From Mobula hypostoma (lineage: Eukaryota): a stretch of DNA of 64,000 nt. Below are positions 1 through 14,312 of this stretch, in pieces. The DNA is taken from positions 154,196,001 through 154,260,000 of the forward strand of contig NC_086097.1 of assembly GCF_963921235.1 (NCBI RefSeq), written 5' to 3'. Position numbers and translations under genes: made by a program. Numbering within the stretch: position 1 is the first letter of the stretch; every line of letters begins with the position of its first letter. The notes under the pieces are model-generated. The model searched no databases. It saw only the letters and a list, made by a program, of their open reading frames with translations, and was not told the DNA's origin.

Positions 1-2124
1 ACATGCACTTACTTGTTCTGACCAGTTGCCTATTCAGTATCTTTCACTCTTGGGGACTACTGTACCACTTATTCCTGGCTTCACTGTCCAACTTTTCAAT
101 AGGACAGTTTCTTCTCTTGTTTCCACTCCAGAGAGCCACTTTCTATCTTGTATTAATTGATCATCTCAGTCTATATCCATCCACAGAAGAATATTTACAA
201 TTTAAGGCAATTATTTAAAATGATTTTTTTGTTAATCAACCTTCTCAGATATGCTTGTGCTTCAAGAGGACAACAGTTCTGCATGCATGGAAATTGTAAT
301 GCTTGCCTCTCACTATTCGCTCAATTAACGCAAGTTATTCATGAAATCCTTTGGTCAGGTAGCTGGCAGAAATGCTTGACGAAGCAGACTGTGTAAGAGC
401 CCAGTTCTAGCAGCAGCAAAATGAATTATTTTTTTAAAAAAGAATTTTGAACAGTTTGCAAAGGAAAAATAAAATCATAGTAAGATAATGGATAATAGTT
501 ACAATGGCAATATTACATTTGTCAGATTACATCTATCAGGATGCATGATCACATTCACTGCTTTCTGTGTACTGAATCAATGACCACCAACTGGAACTGG
601 AGATGCAGCTCAATAACCTACAGCTCATATGGAAACTGAGGAGGTGACTCATTGGGCTGGTTGGCCAAATTTTGCTCCTATGTTTTATGGTCTACTCACA
701 ATTGAGAATATGAGGAAAAACTAATTTTATTAACATGTAACAACTTGTTTTATTAGTTCCTCTGGGTCAACTATCTTTCATCCAAAAACAAATCACACAT
801 GGGTAGGAATATAATCACATCGTTTTAATCCTTGCCGAAAAGACAAATAGCCACTATTCCATCACCCAACCAAAAACTTTAATGACCTGTGAACATTAAA
901 CAAGGTTAGAATTTGAGTCATAATGACCAATTTGATTCTCAATGAAGCCTGCCATTGGAGATATATCTAGAGAGATTCCATGCTGCTACAAATACATCCT
1001 GTTGGTGCCATTTTCCTGTACTTGCCTGGCAAGAAGCATGGACTCTATTTGCAATGACCTGAATTTTTTTATGCTTAGGTTACCAAACTGAGACGTGCTA
1101 TTGCTTGAATGTACTGAAAGCTGGCAGGCCACAAACTGGGTAAAGGAAGGTGTGGTAGCAAGGGAGTATGGTTTCACTTTGGAGAAAAAAAAGGAATTAC
1201 AATAAAATTTATCCAGCTCCTTAACTTCAGTACTCACCTAAAAATTCAAAGTTATGACAAATGAGGATTCAAGCAAAATCATCCCTCTGGTTTAAAGAGA
1301 ACGGAAGAAAAATGGTACAAAGAAATGGCTCTTCCTAAAATAATCTAGCTGCATGTAAATGGACTTGATTTATTTATAAAGCACAAGTTGCAAGATGAAT
1401 AAAGGCAGCCAAAGGCAATGCAGGAACTAAGTGCTGACATTTTTCAGCTCCAAAAAGCAATATATTGCTTGTATAACCTTCCTATGAGGCAGTGCCTCCC
1501 ACTACTGCTAAAATATGGTGAATAATGGCAAATACTAATTGCCTGTGTTCACAGAAGTAATATTGCATCATACCTTATAAACTGAACTTGCTGCCAAAAC
1601 TATGTCATTCTTCATTTGAAAACATATTACTGCAACAAAAAGTGAACTAATTAGTCAGTGAGATTCACTGCAATAACAACAAAATATCAGCTTAATTGCT
1701 ATTTTCTATATACCAAATACAGCAAAGGCCATGAGCGCTGGATATCCAATTAGAGAAAATCAAAATCTACATAAAGCAAGGACTGACAGTGAAATTTCTA
1801 CTTTGTCCTGTCACCATTCATCAATTTGATGTCCCTCAGTAATCTGGCAGGCATTCGATGAATGGTTAATCTATGATTGTAACTTGCCAAGCCTTAAGAA
1901 CAGAAAATAAAGTTGCCACGTTGATCAACTTACTGTCTGAGTGTTCTACCTTCTAATATACTTGCAATCGCACATATTTGTTCTGCAGTTCCAATTTGGA
2001 CAGCAAAATTGTATCTAAATGATGACTATGGTCTGGATTTTTTCCTTTTTCTTGTCATATATAATTATTTTATTATTTTGAGAATATAGTTTATTCATAA
2101 ATATATATAGAGGAAACACAATGC

Positions 2125-2938
2125 AATCAGGGAGATTGAAAATTTGGCTGAGTGGTGTGATACCAACAACCTCTCACTCAATGTCAATAAGACCAAGGAA
2201 CTGATCATAAATTTCAAGAGAGGGAAGTCAGAGGTCCATCAGCCAGTAATCATTGGAGGAACAGAGGTGGAGAGGGTCAGTATCTTTAAATTCCTGGGTG
2301 TCACCTCTCAGAGGACCTGTCCAAAGAAAGCATGACAGCTCCTCTACTTCCTCAAGAGTCTGTGGAGATTGGGCATGTCATCAAAATCCTTGGCAAACTT
2401 CTATAGATGTGTGGTGGAAAATGTTCTGACGGGCAGCATTACGACCTGGTATGGGAACACCAACGCCTTTGAGTGGAAAATCCTACAAAAGGTAGTGGAT
2501 TCAACCCAGTACATAATGGGTAAAACCCTCCCAGCCATTGAGCACATCTACATGAAACGTTGCCGTAGAAAAGCAGCATCTGTTATCATACATCCTCACC
2601 ACCCCGGCTATGCTCTTTCCCCGCTGCTGCCATCTGGTAGAAGGCACAGGTGCCTCAGGACTCGCACCACCATCAAGAACATTATTACCCCTCAACCATC
2701 AGACTCTTGAATGAAAGGGGATAACTACACTCATTTAAGGACTGTTATATTGTTATTTCATGCTTGTTATTTATTGCTATTTATATCTGCATTTGCACAG
2801 TTTGTTTGCAGTTAACAGTTCCTGATGTTTATAGTTACCATTCTATAGATTTGATAAGTATGACACACAGAAAAAGAATCTCAGAGTTGTATGCAGTGAC
2901 ATGTACACACTCTGATAATAAGTTTTACTTTGACTTTA
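2125..2938 (+). mobile_element. Rex1/Babar-type LINE, 3' fragment
   Basis: WCDTNNLSLNVNKTKELIINF...FKFLGV...NFYRCVVENVLTGSITTWYG...LLPSGRR followed by an AT-rich 3' UTR. Confidence 0.85.
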
Positions 2939-3414
2939 TATTCACCAATCATTAGCTTCTATTTACAATGCATCAAGGTTATTCCTGTATCCTCTCTGGT
3001 ACATATACTTGTGAATTTTTTGTCACAAACAACACTGGGACGAGCTACAGCCCCATGTCTCAAAGTGAAACTAAGAAATTTCACAATAAAAAATGTAATG
3101 AGATAGTTATGATGACAACCAATAAGTTAGAACATGAACAACATATACAGTAATTGCTATGTTTTACGCATAAAGGCATGAACATAAGCAGCTCCAAAAA
3201 ATTATGTGTCAAAGTTTAATCTTAAAATTATTCGGATGCAGCACTAGGCAGAAACAATGTTTTGCCTCTGGAGTTAGCACAAAGTGTTATCAACGATCTG
3301 CATAACATTTTCAATAAAGCTTCTTTTTCCCTCAAATTTAATTTAAATTACAGAGCTGGTCCCTCTCCTTAATTGTTTTCAAAGCACAAAGAGCACTAAT
3401 AGAATGATGTCCTA

Positions 3415-6400
3415 GATAGAAACCATAGAAACCACAGCACAGAAACAGGCCTCTTGGCCCTTCTTGGCTGTGCCGAACCATTTACTGCCTAGTCCCACTG
3501 ACCTGCACATGGACCATATCCCTCCATACACCTCCCATCCATGTATCTGTCCAATTTATTCTTAAATGTTAAAAAAGAACCCGCATTTACCACCTCATCT
3601 GGCAGCTCATTCCATACACCCACCACTCTCTGTGTGAAGAAACCCCCACTAATGTTCCCTTTAAACTTTTCCCCCCTCACCCTTAACCCATGTCCTCTTT
3701 TTTTTTCTCCCCTTGCCTCAGTGGAAAAAGCCTGCTTGCATTCACTCTATCTATACCCATCATAATTTTATATACCTCTATCAAATCTCCCCTCATTCTT
3801 CTACGCTCCAGGCAATAAAGTCCTAACTTATTCAACCTTTCCCTGTAACTGAGTTTCTCAAGTCCTGGCAACATCCTTGTAAACCTTCTCTGCACTCTTT
3901 CAACCTTATTTATATCCTTCCTGTAATTTGGTGACCAAAACTGAACACAATACTCCAGATTCGGCCTCACCAATGCCTTATACAACCTCATCATAACATT
4001 CCAGCTCTTATACTCAATACTTTGATTAATAGAGGCCAATGTACCAAAAGCTCTCTTTACGACCCTATCTACCTGTGATGCCACTTTTAGGGAATTTTGT
4101 ATCTGTATTCCCAGATCCCTCTGTTCCACTGCACTCCTCCTTGCCTTACCATTAACCCTGTATGTTCTACCTTGGTTTGTCCTTCCAACGTGCAATACCT
4201 CACACTATTAAACTCCATCTGCCATTATTCAGCCCATTTTTCCAGCTGGTCCAAGTCCCTCTGCAGGCTCTGAAAATCTTCCTCACTGCCTACTACACCT
4301 CCAATCTTTGTATCATCAGCAAATTTGCTGATCCAATTTACCACATTATCATCCAGATCATTGATATAGATGACAAATAACAATGGACCTAGCACTGATC
4401 CCTGTGGCATACCACTAGTCACAGGCCTCCACTCAGAGAAGCAATTCTCTACCACCACTCTTTGGCTTCTACCATTGAGCCAATGTCTAATCCAATTTAC
4501 CACCTCTCCATGTATACCTAGAGACCGAATTTTCCTAACTAACCTCCCATGCGGGACCTTGTCAAAGGCCTTACTGAAATCCATGTAGACAATATCCACT
4601 GCCTTCCTTCATCCACTTTCCTGGTAACCTCCCCGAAAAACTCCAATAGGTTGGTCAAACATGACCTACCATGCACAAAGCCATGTTGACTCTCCCTAAT
4701 AAGTCCCTGTCTATCCAAATGCTTGTAGATTCTGTCTCTTAGTACTCCCTCCAATAATTTACCTACTACCGACGTTAAACTCACCGGCCTATAATTTCCC
4801 AGATTACTTTTCGATCCTTTTTTAAACAACGGAACAACATGAGCCACTCTCCAATCCTCCAGCACCTCACCCGTAGACAGTGACATTTTAAATATTTCTG
4901 CCAGGACCCCCGCAATTTCAACACTAGTCTCCTTCAAGGTCCGAGAGAACACTCCGTCAGGTCCCGGGGATTTATCCACTTTAATTTTCCTCAAGACAGC
5001 AAGGACCTCCTCCTTTTCAATCTGTACAGTTTCCATGATCTCACTACTTGATTCCCTCAATTCCATAGACTTCATGCCAGTTTCCTTAGTAAATACAGAC
5101 GCAAAAAACCTATTTAAGATCTCCCCCATTTCCTTTGGTTCCGCACATAGCTGACCACTCTGATCTTCAAGAGGACCAATTTTATCCTTTACAATCCTTT
5201 TGCTCTTAATATACCTGTAAAAGCTCTTTGGATTATCCTTCACTTTGACTGCCAAGATAACTTCATGTCTTCTTTTAGCCCTCCTGATTACTTTCTTAAG
5301 TATTTTCTTACACTTCTTATACTCCTCAAGCACCTGATTTACTCCCTGTTTCCTATACATTTCATACAACTCCCTCTTCTTCTTTATCAGAGTTGCAATA
5401 TCCCTTGAGAACCAAGGTTCCTTATTCCTATTCAATTTGCATTTAATCCTGACAGGAACATACAAACTCTGCACTCTCAAAATTTCCCCTTTGCAGGCTT
5501 CCCACCTACCAATCACATCTTTGCCAGAGAACAACCTGTCCCAATCCACGCTTTTTAGATCCTTTCTCATTTCTTCAAATTTGGCCTTCTTCCAGTTCAG
5601 AACCACAACCCGGGGACCAGATCTATCCTTGTCCATGATCAAATTGAAACTAATGGTGTTATGATTACTGGAACCAAAGTGCTCCCCTACACAGACTTCC
5701 GTCACTTGTCCTAACTCGTTTCCTAACAGGAGATCCAATATTGCATCCCCTCTAGTTGGTCCCACTATATATTGATTTAGAATACTTTCCTGAACACATT
5801 TTACAAACTCTAAACCATCTATACCCCTAACAGTATGGGAGTCCCAATCAATGTATGGAAAATTAAAATCCCCTACCACCACAACTTTATGTTTCCTGCA
5901 GTTGCCTGCTATCTCTCTGCAGATTTGCTCTTCCAAGTCTCGTTGACTATTGGGTGGTCTGTAATACAATCCCACTAATGTGGCCATACCTTTCCTGTTT
6001 CTCAGCTCCACCCATAAGGACTCAGTAGACAAGCCCTCCAATCTGTCCTGCCTGAGCACTGCTGTAATATTTTCCGTAACAAGCAATGTTACTCCCCCAT
6101 CTTTCATTCCTCTGCCTCGATCACATCTGAAACATCGGAACCCTGGAATATTAAGCTGACAGTTCTGCCCCTCCTGTAGCCAAGTTTCACTAATTGCTAT
6201 AACGTCATAATTCCACGTGTAATCCACGCCCTCAACTCATCTGCCTTCCCCGCAATACTCCTAGCATTGAAATATATACACCTCAGAAGATTTTTACCAA
6301 CACTCACAACCTTTCTATTAGCGGATTTGCTTGAACTTTATTTTCACCCCAGCCACACTGTCAGCTCTGGCACTCTGGTTCCCATCCCCCTGCAAATCTA

Positions 6401-7610
6401 GTTTACAGCCTCCCCACTAGCACTAACAAACCTCCCTGAAAGGATATTGGTCCCCCCGTAGTTCAAGTGTAACCCGTCTCTCTTGTGCAGGTCCCACCTG
6501 CCCCAGAAGAGGTCCCAATGATCCTGAAATCTGAAACCCTGCCCCCTACACCAGTTCCTCAGCCACCTGTTCATCCTCCAGAGCATCCTATTTTTACCCT
6601 CACTGGCACGTAGCACAGCTAGCAATCCTGAGATTACCACCCTTGAGGTCCTGTTTTTCCACTTCCTACCAAGCTCTCTATACTCACTCTCCAGGACCTC
6701 CTCACTCTTCCTTGCTATGTCATTGGTACCAATGTGCACCACAACATCTGGCTGGTCACCCTCCCACTTCAGAATGTCATGCAATCGATCGGAGAGATCC
6801 TTGACGCTGGCACCCGGGAGGCAACAAACCACCCTGGATTCTCTGTCACGACCACAGAACCTCCTATCTGCACCTCTAACTATCGAGTCCCCTATCACTA
6901 CTGCTCTCCTCTTTTTCCACCCTCCCTTCTGCACTGCAGAGCCAGACACAGTGCCAGAGATCCAGCTACTGCAGTTAGTCCCAGGTAAGTCATCCCCCAC
7001 AACAGTATCCAAAGCGGTATACTTGTTGTTGAGGGGAATAGCCACAGGGGAACCCTGCTCTGCCTGCCCTTTCCTCTTCCTTCACCTGACAGTGACCCAA
7101 TTTCCTGTCCTCTGCTCCTTTGGCGTAACTACCTCCCTGTAGCTACGATCTATAATCTCCTCATTCTCCCGAATGATCTGCAGGTCATCCAGCTCCTGCT
7201 CCAGTTCCCTAACGCAGTTTGTCAGGAGCTGCAGCTGGATGCACTTCTTGCAGGTGTCATTGTCAGGGACACCGGAGGGCTTCCTGACTTCCCACATCCT
7301 GCAAGAGGAGCATTCCAACATCCTGCCTGGCATTCTCTCTACTCTAAACAATCTGAACAAAAAACTTACCGGAACCTACCCTGGCCTCTGCCTGTTCTCG
7401 CTGAAGCCTGTTTGAGCCAAAGCTGTCCCACTCTGACTCAGTCCACTCCGACGATGGCTGCTGTATATGGCGGTCTGTTTTTAAACCTTGGCGCACTACG
7501 TCACGCGCCCGCGCAGTGCAGACCCTTCTCCCCGAGCAGTGTTTAAAAAAAAACGACTTTTTCTACCCGATTTCTTCCACTCTTCTTCTCAGCTGCTTGC
7601 TTCGACTGAA
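3415..7610 (-). mobile_element. Near full-length CR1 LINE (5' UTR, ORF1 Zn finger/leucine zipper plus SGNH esterase, ORF2 APE-RT, tail), frameshifted
   Basis: ORF pieces 7082-7360 (CSSC...CKKC...LEQELDDL), 6398-7045 (VIGDSIVRG...HIGTND...DGLHL), 4539-6227 (ETWL, GDFNFP, RT), 4225-4599 (FADD), 3683-4195 and 3489-3680. Short tandem tail at about 3415-3433. Confidence 0.95.
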
Positions 7611-10006
7611 ACAAGAACTGAAGTTCTTAAGGACATTTTATCCACACCATTCAGTCATCCTCTCAATTCTCAAGCAGAACTGATGGCTGAATAGAAAACA
7701 GAAAATGCCAGTATTATTCAACAGTTATGCAGCATTTGTACTGGGAGATGCAATTTTTCAGGCCGAAGAAATGGATTGGGAACAGTTAGAGATTAAACAT
7801 TTCAAGTTGCAGAGAAGAGGAACAGTAAAACTGTTGATGGAACCAGTGAAAAAAGACTGGTAAAGACTGGTGAGTAATAGTCAGGGACAGTGTAAATAGG
7901 AGAGGATGAAGAAAAACTGAAATTACCACAAAGAGACAGAAGCAATATCTGTGATGCTGGACGTGCAAGGGTGGAATGGATAAGTATCTATAACGACTCA
8001 ATTCAATATTCAATACAGAAAGCTATAATGTGCCTATTTATTCCTGTCTGTGGAAAATTCACAATGTTTACAGTGCTCATGAAGCTGTCTGAGTGGATAA
8101 TGGACACCTCACCATGTGATTGACCATTGTCATACCATAAGCACTCTTTTAGCACAGGTTGTTGATCTGTGTATCCATCTCAGAATAGACATGCCAGTGC
8201 TCAAACAGCCAAAGTGCAAAAGAAAAGAACAAATCATGCAAACAATACAAAGCAAGCAAATTCACATTCAGAGCTAAAGTTCACGAAAGTGGGTTCACAG
8301 CCATGAAGCCTGGCATCACTGCAGTGGTCCAGGAGCCCATTAGTTTTAAGCATCAAAGAATCAAATTAAACAAGTGAACACAACAGCACACCCACAATGG
8401 GAAGGCAATTCCGAGCAGCTGGTTGTGCTCCAGCAGCATTAATTCACTGGACTTGCCAGTGCAATCTTACTAGGGTCCATAACACTTCCCGGAGTTATAG
8501 TGCTGGGGCAGATCCAATTTTGAGGAGTTGACTCAAGCAGAAACAGGGAAATAATTTTGAGGACTTGACTTGCCATTGGTAATGCTAAAGACACAATGAA
8601 GTAGTGTTAACAATGTTGTATTATATCTTCAGTGTTTACTGTTGATACCAGTGGAACAGAATTTCTGAAACAGAATCTAACAAGCTGCTGTTATTGTTCA
8701 ACGCTGAACACCAGGGACAAATTTCTTAGCAGTTACCCTCTCAAGTAATTATTCTGTTGTTATAGCAAGCAATTGTGAAGTATCTTGAACTTCTTTTTTA
8801 AAAATAAAATTAAAATAATGGAATTAAAGCCCAAAGGAGCCATCAGCTTGACCAAAATGAGGCTATATGAAGGGCTATTTAATAATCAGGATGTTTTGGG
8901 AAGCTCGAGTACAGCTCTGAAACCTGAAGTACTTTTAAAAACAGAAATAAAGCTGCCAGCTTCAGAGAGAAAGAAGCAATGGCTGCAGATTGATGAGAAC
9001 GTTTTGAGCTGAAATCGGACCACATAATCCACATGGCTCAGCATCAGATCTGACAGAAACCCGAAACAGCCCATTCTACAAGAGTTTTCAGCACAACCAA
9101 ACAAGACTGCTTAAAAGAAGAACCTTTCTAAACCTGAGATTCACAAGACAAAAAATGTGCCTCATCAGTTATTACAGGCAGAAAATAGATTGCATAGTTC
9201 AGTTTTTGCATCCAGTATGAAATAGAGAATCATTTTTATCTGGATTAAAACATACTACTGATAATTTCTATGTGTAACAGCACCAATTAGAACAAGTAGA
9301 ACTCTTCCAATTATGATATATGCAAATTTCTCTGACATTTCCCAGAATTAGATGCACATGTTAATTGTCATTATTTGAAGTTCTTTAAAAGCTCTATTAG
9401 TTGTAATTGAAATAAGTATACTAGTTCAGTGAAGCTAATGTAATTATCATGCTCAAGTACAGGACGGCCACATAATTCACAAAAAAACAGCTTTGGCCTT
9501 ACATCACAGCATTGCCACAATGTTGCCTTAAATTGAATTTTAATGTGCCAAACAAATACCACAACTTGAGTGTACTGTACAAGGTCAGATATCACCTTAG
9601 GGCAATACAGACTGTCTCAGATCCTGCAAATACAATATTTGATGCCATTTTTGTGGAAGGAGTAGTTGATGTTAGCTTTATATTGAATTCAGCTGGATTC
9701 CTTTGGATATTGGATTTCCTTGCACAATTACTTTATTTTGAAAATCAAAGTAATGATGAGACAATCAGACTCCTCCGATTTGATAATAAGTTTTCTAAAC
9801 TGAGCAACAACTCAGACGCCTCCGAACTATATTATCTACATTTGCATGATTAACTTGTTCCCAATGTGCATCTTCAACTAGAAGTATTTCATAGTGGTCA
9901 ATTTCTTCCAGGGTAAGTGTACGATCATAGTACCACTCTTTGAAATTCTCCCCAGGACCACTCTATATCTTTCCATTAAATCACTGAGCAGTTTCACCAC
10001 GTCTGA

Positions 10007-10482
10007 TAGATAAGGAAGAAACTGGAGGGTTAACATATGAGGAAGGTTTGACCGCTCTTGGACTGTACTCCTTGGAGTTTAGAAGAATGAGGGGGGGGCC
10101 TCATAGAAGCATTTTGAATGTTGAAAGGCATGGACAGAATGGATGTGGCAAAGTTGTTTCCCATGATGGGGGAGTCTATTACGAGAGGGCAAGACTTAAG
10201 GATTGAAGGGCGCTCATTCAGAACAGAGATGCGAAGAAATTTTTTTAGCCAGAGGGTGGTGAATCTGTGGAATTTTTTGCCACGGGCGGTGGCGGAGATC
10301 AAGTCATGGGGTGTATTTAAGGCAGAGATTGATAGGTATCTGAGTAGCCAGGGCATCAAAGGTTACGGTGAGAAGGCGGGGGAGTGGGACTAAATGGAAG
10401 AATGGATCAGCTCATGATAAAATGGCGGGGCACACTCAGGCCGAATGGCTGACTTCTGCTCCTTTCTCTTATGGTCTTATGG
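10007..10482 (+). mobile_element. CR1 3' fragment
   Basis: RRNFFSQRVVNLWN motif and a (TCTTATGG)n tail. Confidence 0.88.
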
Positions 10483-10759
10483 ATGAGGATACCAAATGAG
10501 TGAAAGCAGATTCAGCATCATCTGACAGTGTGGGCACCTCCAAAACTACTTTAAGCTTGGTTGGAATGCACAAGGTTGATGTGAAAAAAAACTTCTTGCC
10601 TCCACAATTTCATTTTACAGTCAAGACAGAGCACAAAAACAGGTCTTTTAGTCCATTGCGTCCATGTCAAGTTCCTATTTTTTACAATACTACTACTTTA
10701 TTCTTCCCACATTCCCTTCATCATCCCTAATCCTCACTCCCAGATAGAACCACACACCT

Positions 10760-10915
10760 ACACACTATGGGCAATCTATGAACAATTAATTTAACAATCC
10801 ACATATTTTTGGGATCCAGAGGAAAACCAGAGCAAATGTGCAAATTCCACACAGGTAGCACCAGAGGCCAGATTGATGACTGCTCGCTGGAGTGCTATTC
10901 TGTTAGCTGTGCCAC
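10760..10915 (-). mobile_element. Degenerate HE1/V-SINE-like SINE
   Basis: Reverse complement of a gtgtggaatttgcacat...ctctggttttcctc core. Similar copies lie at about 24110-24340 and 62050-62240. Confidence 0.55.
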
Positions 10916-11806
10916 TGAGACACCTTCCTCTTTTTCGTCACTGCCCTATGCTCTTTGTTTCTTTTAACACATGTAGCTCAGTCTTCATCCTACTCTTGAA
11001 ATGCTTCTTCTGGCTTTTCTCAAAAAATGGTATTCACTAAATCCTCAGTTGAAATCTCTTATCAGCATCTCATGCATTTTTTTGGGGAAAAATTCTAGTG
11101 TAGAACTTATTCCAAATGGCATATGCTTCCAGCAGTACTGCCCAAAATGCATAGGGAAGGTAATTAAATTTAACAAATGTTCATCTAAACATGTGCCAAA
11201 AATCATTCCAAATATCCAGAACAATAAATGCAATTGCACAATCTGGGCATGCAAGAATTTCTTTTACCAGCAGTAGAAAATGCTCTGTTTAAGAATCTAA
11301 AGTGATCTATCCTTATTTGACATTGACACCAACGAACTGATTCAATAATTAATATTGCTACGGCAGTCAGCCCACTCGTCTGCCCACATCATTCAGTGCT
11401 AATTTCAATTTATCAATTAAAGTCACTGGCATCCTCGAACATTTATCTTGTACCAAATCCACCATTTCATCACAAACAAGAGAAAATCTGCAAATGCTGG
11501 AAATCTAAAGCTGCGCACACAAAATGCTAGAGGAATGGGGCAGGCCAGGCAGCATCTATGCAAAAGACTAAACAGTTGATGTTTCAGGCCAAGGCCCTTC
11601 ATCAGACTGAAAAGCAAAGATAAACAACCTGATAGCATGAGCATCAAATTTTTGAACTTATAGTAATTATCCACCCCCCCGCTGCTTCAACATTTCTCAT
11701 TATTGTTTCCTTCTATCACCTTATCTTCTTATCTGCCCAACAACTCCCCCCATTCCCTTTGTTCCATGGTCTTCTATACTTTCCTATCTGATTTCTCCTT
11801 CCTATC

Positions 11807-12029
11807 TGTACTGTATAGCTATTGTATAATATGGGACTACTTTATGCTGTAGGGACACGTCATTGCATGCACTATGAGGCACGTATTCAGCATGCGTTAT
11901 TAGGTGCGTATTGATCTGTACGTGTGTGTTCAGTTCAGTTTCAGTCAGTAAAGAACCCTGTTAACTTAGCTCCCGTCTTCAGCAATTTTGTTTATAGTTT
12001 TGTTGTGTAACCCAGCCACATACACAACA
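11807..12029 (+). repeat. 5' LTR (223 bp)
   Basis: TGTACTGTATAGCT...TACACAACA. About 19 substitutions and no indels against the 3' LTR by manual count (~91.5% identity). Confidence 0.95.
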
Positions 12030-12032
12030 AAT

Positions 12033-12043
12033 TGGCGACGAGG
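12033..12043 (+). promoter_or_regulatory. Primer binding site, tRNA-Ser(GCU) type
   Basis: TGGCGACGAGG begins after a 3-nt gap downstream of the 5' LTR and is complementary to the tRNA-Ser(GCU) 3' end CCUCGUCG-CCA. Confidence 0.85.
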
Positions 12044-12394
12044 TTAATGAACCTACATCGTATCGGAACGCTGCGTTTTAATTGATAACAACGCTGGGAA
12101 GAAGAGCGCATAGAACGAGACAAGGAGCGGGAGAAGGAGGCTGCGAGTCCGAAAGGAAGCGGAAGCACAGCCGGGGTCAGGAACGTCAGGAGACCCAGAG
12201 ACACAGTCGGAGCCACAGCACATCTAGGCAAGACCACAGCAGGCACTCACCCCAGGGGCTGAGGGTCTGACTGCCCCAGAAGGGAGATAAAAAGGAACGA
12301 CACACACATCTAGACGGAGTGCGCTCTTGGCACTAGCAAAAAGGTCATGTGAGTCAAAAAAAAGGAAGAACAGGGCTAAATTAACATAACAAAG

Positions 12395-13139
12395 ATGACA
12401 ATGATTGGAACCTTTACAGCATTTGATAGTAGCATTGAAGACTGGGCAATTTACATTGAAAGAGTGGAGTTATATTGTGATGCAAACGATGTTAATGATG
12501 AAAAGAAAGCCAGCGTCTTACTCAGTATTATGGGAGCAAAATCATACGGGCTGCTATGGAGTTTGTTAACCCCTGAAAAGCAAGCTGACAAAACGGTCAA
12601 GCAAATAGTAGACACTCTCCAACAGTGTTTAAACCCCAAACCGCTGGTCATTGCTGAAAGATTTAAATTTCACAATCGGAATCAGAGCAAAAATGAAAGC
12701 ATTTCTGAATATTGTGCTGAATTGTGCAAATTCTCAGAACATTGTCAATTTGGAGCTGGTCTATCAGACGCATTGAGGGATAGGTTAGTGTGTGGCATGC
12801 ACTGTGAAACCACAGAGAAGAAGGTCCCGTGTGAAAGGGACTTTATATTAGAGAAGGCGCTGAACATTGCAATATCAACCGAAAAAGCCGCACAAAGTGC
12901 TTCCGAGATACAACAAAAATCTCTGGAATATGCTACGAATAAAATGTCACTGAGCAGAAATGAAGGGAAGAAATGTTACCGTTGTGGGAAAATGTCACAT
13001 GACCCCGATGGCTATTGGTTTAAAGATAAAGAATGCAGAAACTGTGGCAAACAGGGCCACACTGGCAGAGTATGCAAAGCTAGTAAACAGCAGAAAAAGG
13101 TCAAAATACAGAGAAACAAGAAACCCCAGAATGGAAAAT
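12395..13139 (+). pseudogene. Gypsy gag (capsid plus two Zn knuckles)
   Basis: ORF MTMIGTFTAFDSSIEDWAIYIERVELY...LRDRLVCG...CYRCGKMSH (first knuckle degenerate)...CRNCGKQGHTGRVC, interrupted by a CR1 at about 13140. Confidence 0.92.
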
Positions 13140-13141
13140 CC

Positions 13142-14312
13142 CAAGGTCCCACACAGGAGATTAGTGTGCAAACTTAAAGCACACGGTATTGGGGGTAAGG
13201 TATTGATGTGGATGGAGAATTGGTTAGCAGACAGGAAGCAAAGAGTGGGAATAAACGGGACCTTTTCAGAATGGCAGGCGGTGATTAGTGGGGTACCGCA
13301 AGGCTCAGTGCTGGGACCCCAGTTGTTTACAATATATATTGATGACTTAGACGAGGGAATGAAATGCAGCATCTCTAAGTTTGCAGATGACATGAAGCTG
13401 GGCGGCAGTGTTAGCTGTGAGGAGGATGCTAACAGGATGCAGGGTGACTTGGATAGTTTAGGTGAGTGGGCAAATTTATGACAGATGCAATTTAATGTGG
13501 ATAAATGTGAGGTTATCCACTTTGGTGGCAAGAACAGGAAAACAGATTATCTGAATGGTGGCCGATTAGGAAAAGGGGAGGTGCAACGAGACCTGGGTGT
13601 CATTGTACACCAGTCATTGAAAGTGGGCATGCAGGTACAGCAGGCGGTAAAAAAGGCGAATGGTATGCTGGCATTCATAGCAAGAGGATTCGAGTACAGG
13701 AGCAGGGAGGTACTACTGCAGTTGTACAAGGCCTTGGTGAGACCACACCTGGAGTATTGTGTGCAGTTTTGGTCCCCTAATCTGAGGAAAGACATCCTTG
13801 CCATAGACGGAGTACAAAGAAGGTTCACCAGATTGATTCCTGGGATGGCATGACTTTCATATGATGAAAGAATGGATCGACTAGGCTTATACTCTCTGGA
13901 ATTTAGAAGATTGGGGGGGGATCTTATTGAAACATATAAAACTCTAAAGGGATTGGACAGGCTAGATGTAGGAAGATGGTTCCCGATGTTGGGGAAGTCC
14001 GGAACGAGGGGTCACAGTTTGAGGATAAAGGGGAAGCCTCTTAGGACCGAGATGAGGAAAAACTTCTTCACACAGAGAGTGGTGAATCTGTGGGATTCTC
14101 TGCCACATGAAACAGTTCAGGCAAGTTCATTGGTTATATTTAAGAGGGAGTTAGATATGGCCCTTGTGGCTAAAGGGATCAGCGGGTATGGAGAGAAGGC
14201 AGGTATAGGATTCTGAGTTGGATGATCAGCCATGATCATACTGAATGTCAGTGCAGGCTCGAAGGGCTGATTGGCCTACTCCTGCACCTATTTTCTATGT
14301 TTCTATGTTTCT
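13142..14312 (+). mobile_element. 5'-truncated CR1 LINE inserted between gag and protease
   Basis: KVPHRRLVCKL...GVPQGSVLGP...SKFADD...LVRPHLEYCVQFWSP, ending in a (TTCTATGT)n tail. AAAAT occurs on both flanks. Confidence 0.93.

Noticed and set aside
1232..1290. Minus-strand 49-nt segment between ccag and gtgagt
   Set aside because: Stops in all frames and no homology.
11801..11806. Target-site duplication for the chimeric Gypsy element
   Set aside because: The flanks (CCTATC / GTCTCC) give no convincing 4-6 bp match, so no TSD is claimed.
12960..13481. 173-aa ORF as a novel protein
   Set aside because: It is an off-frame gag read running into the inserted CR1 RT.
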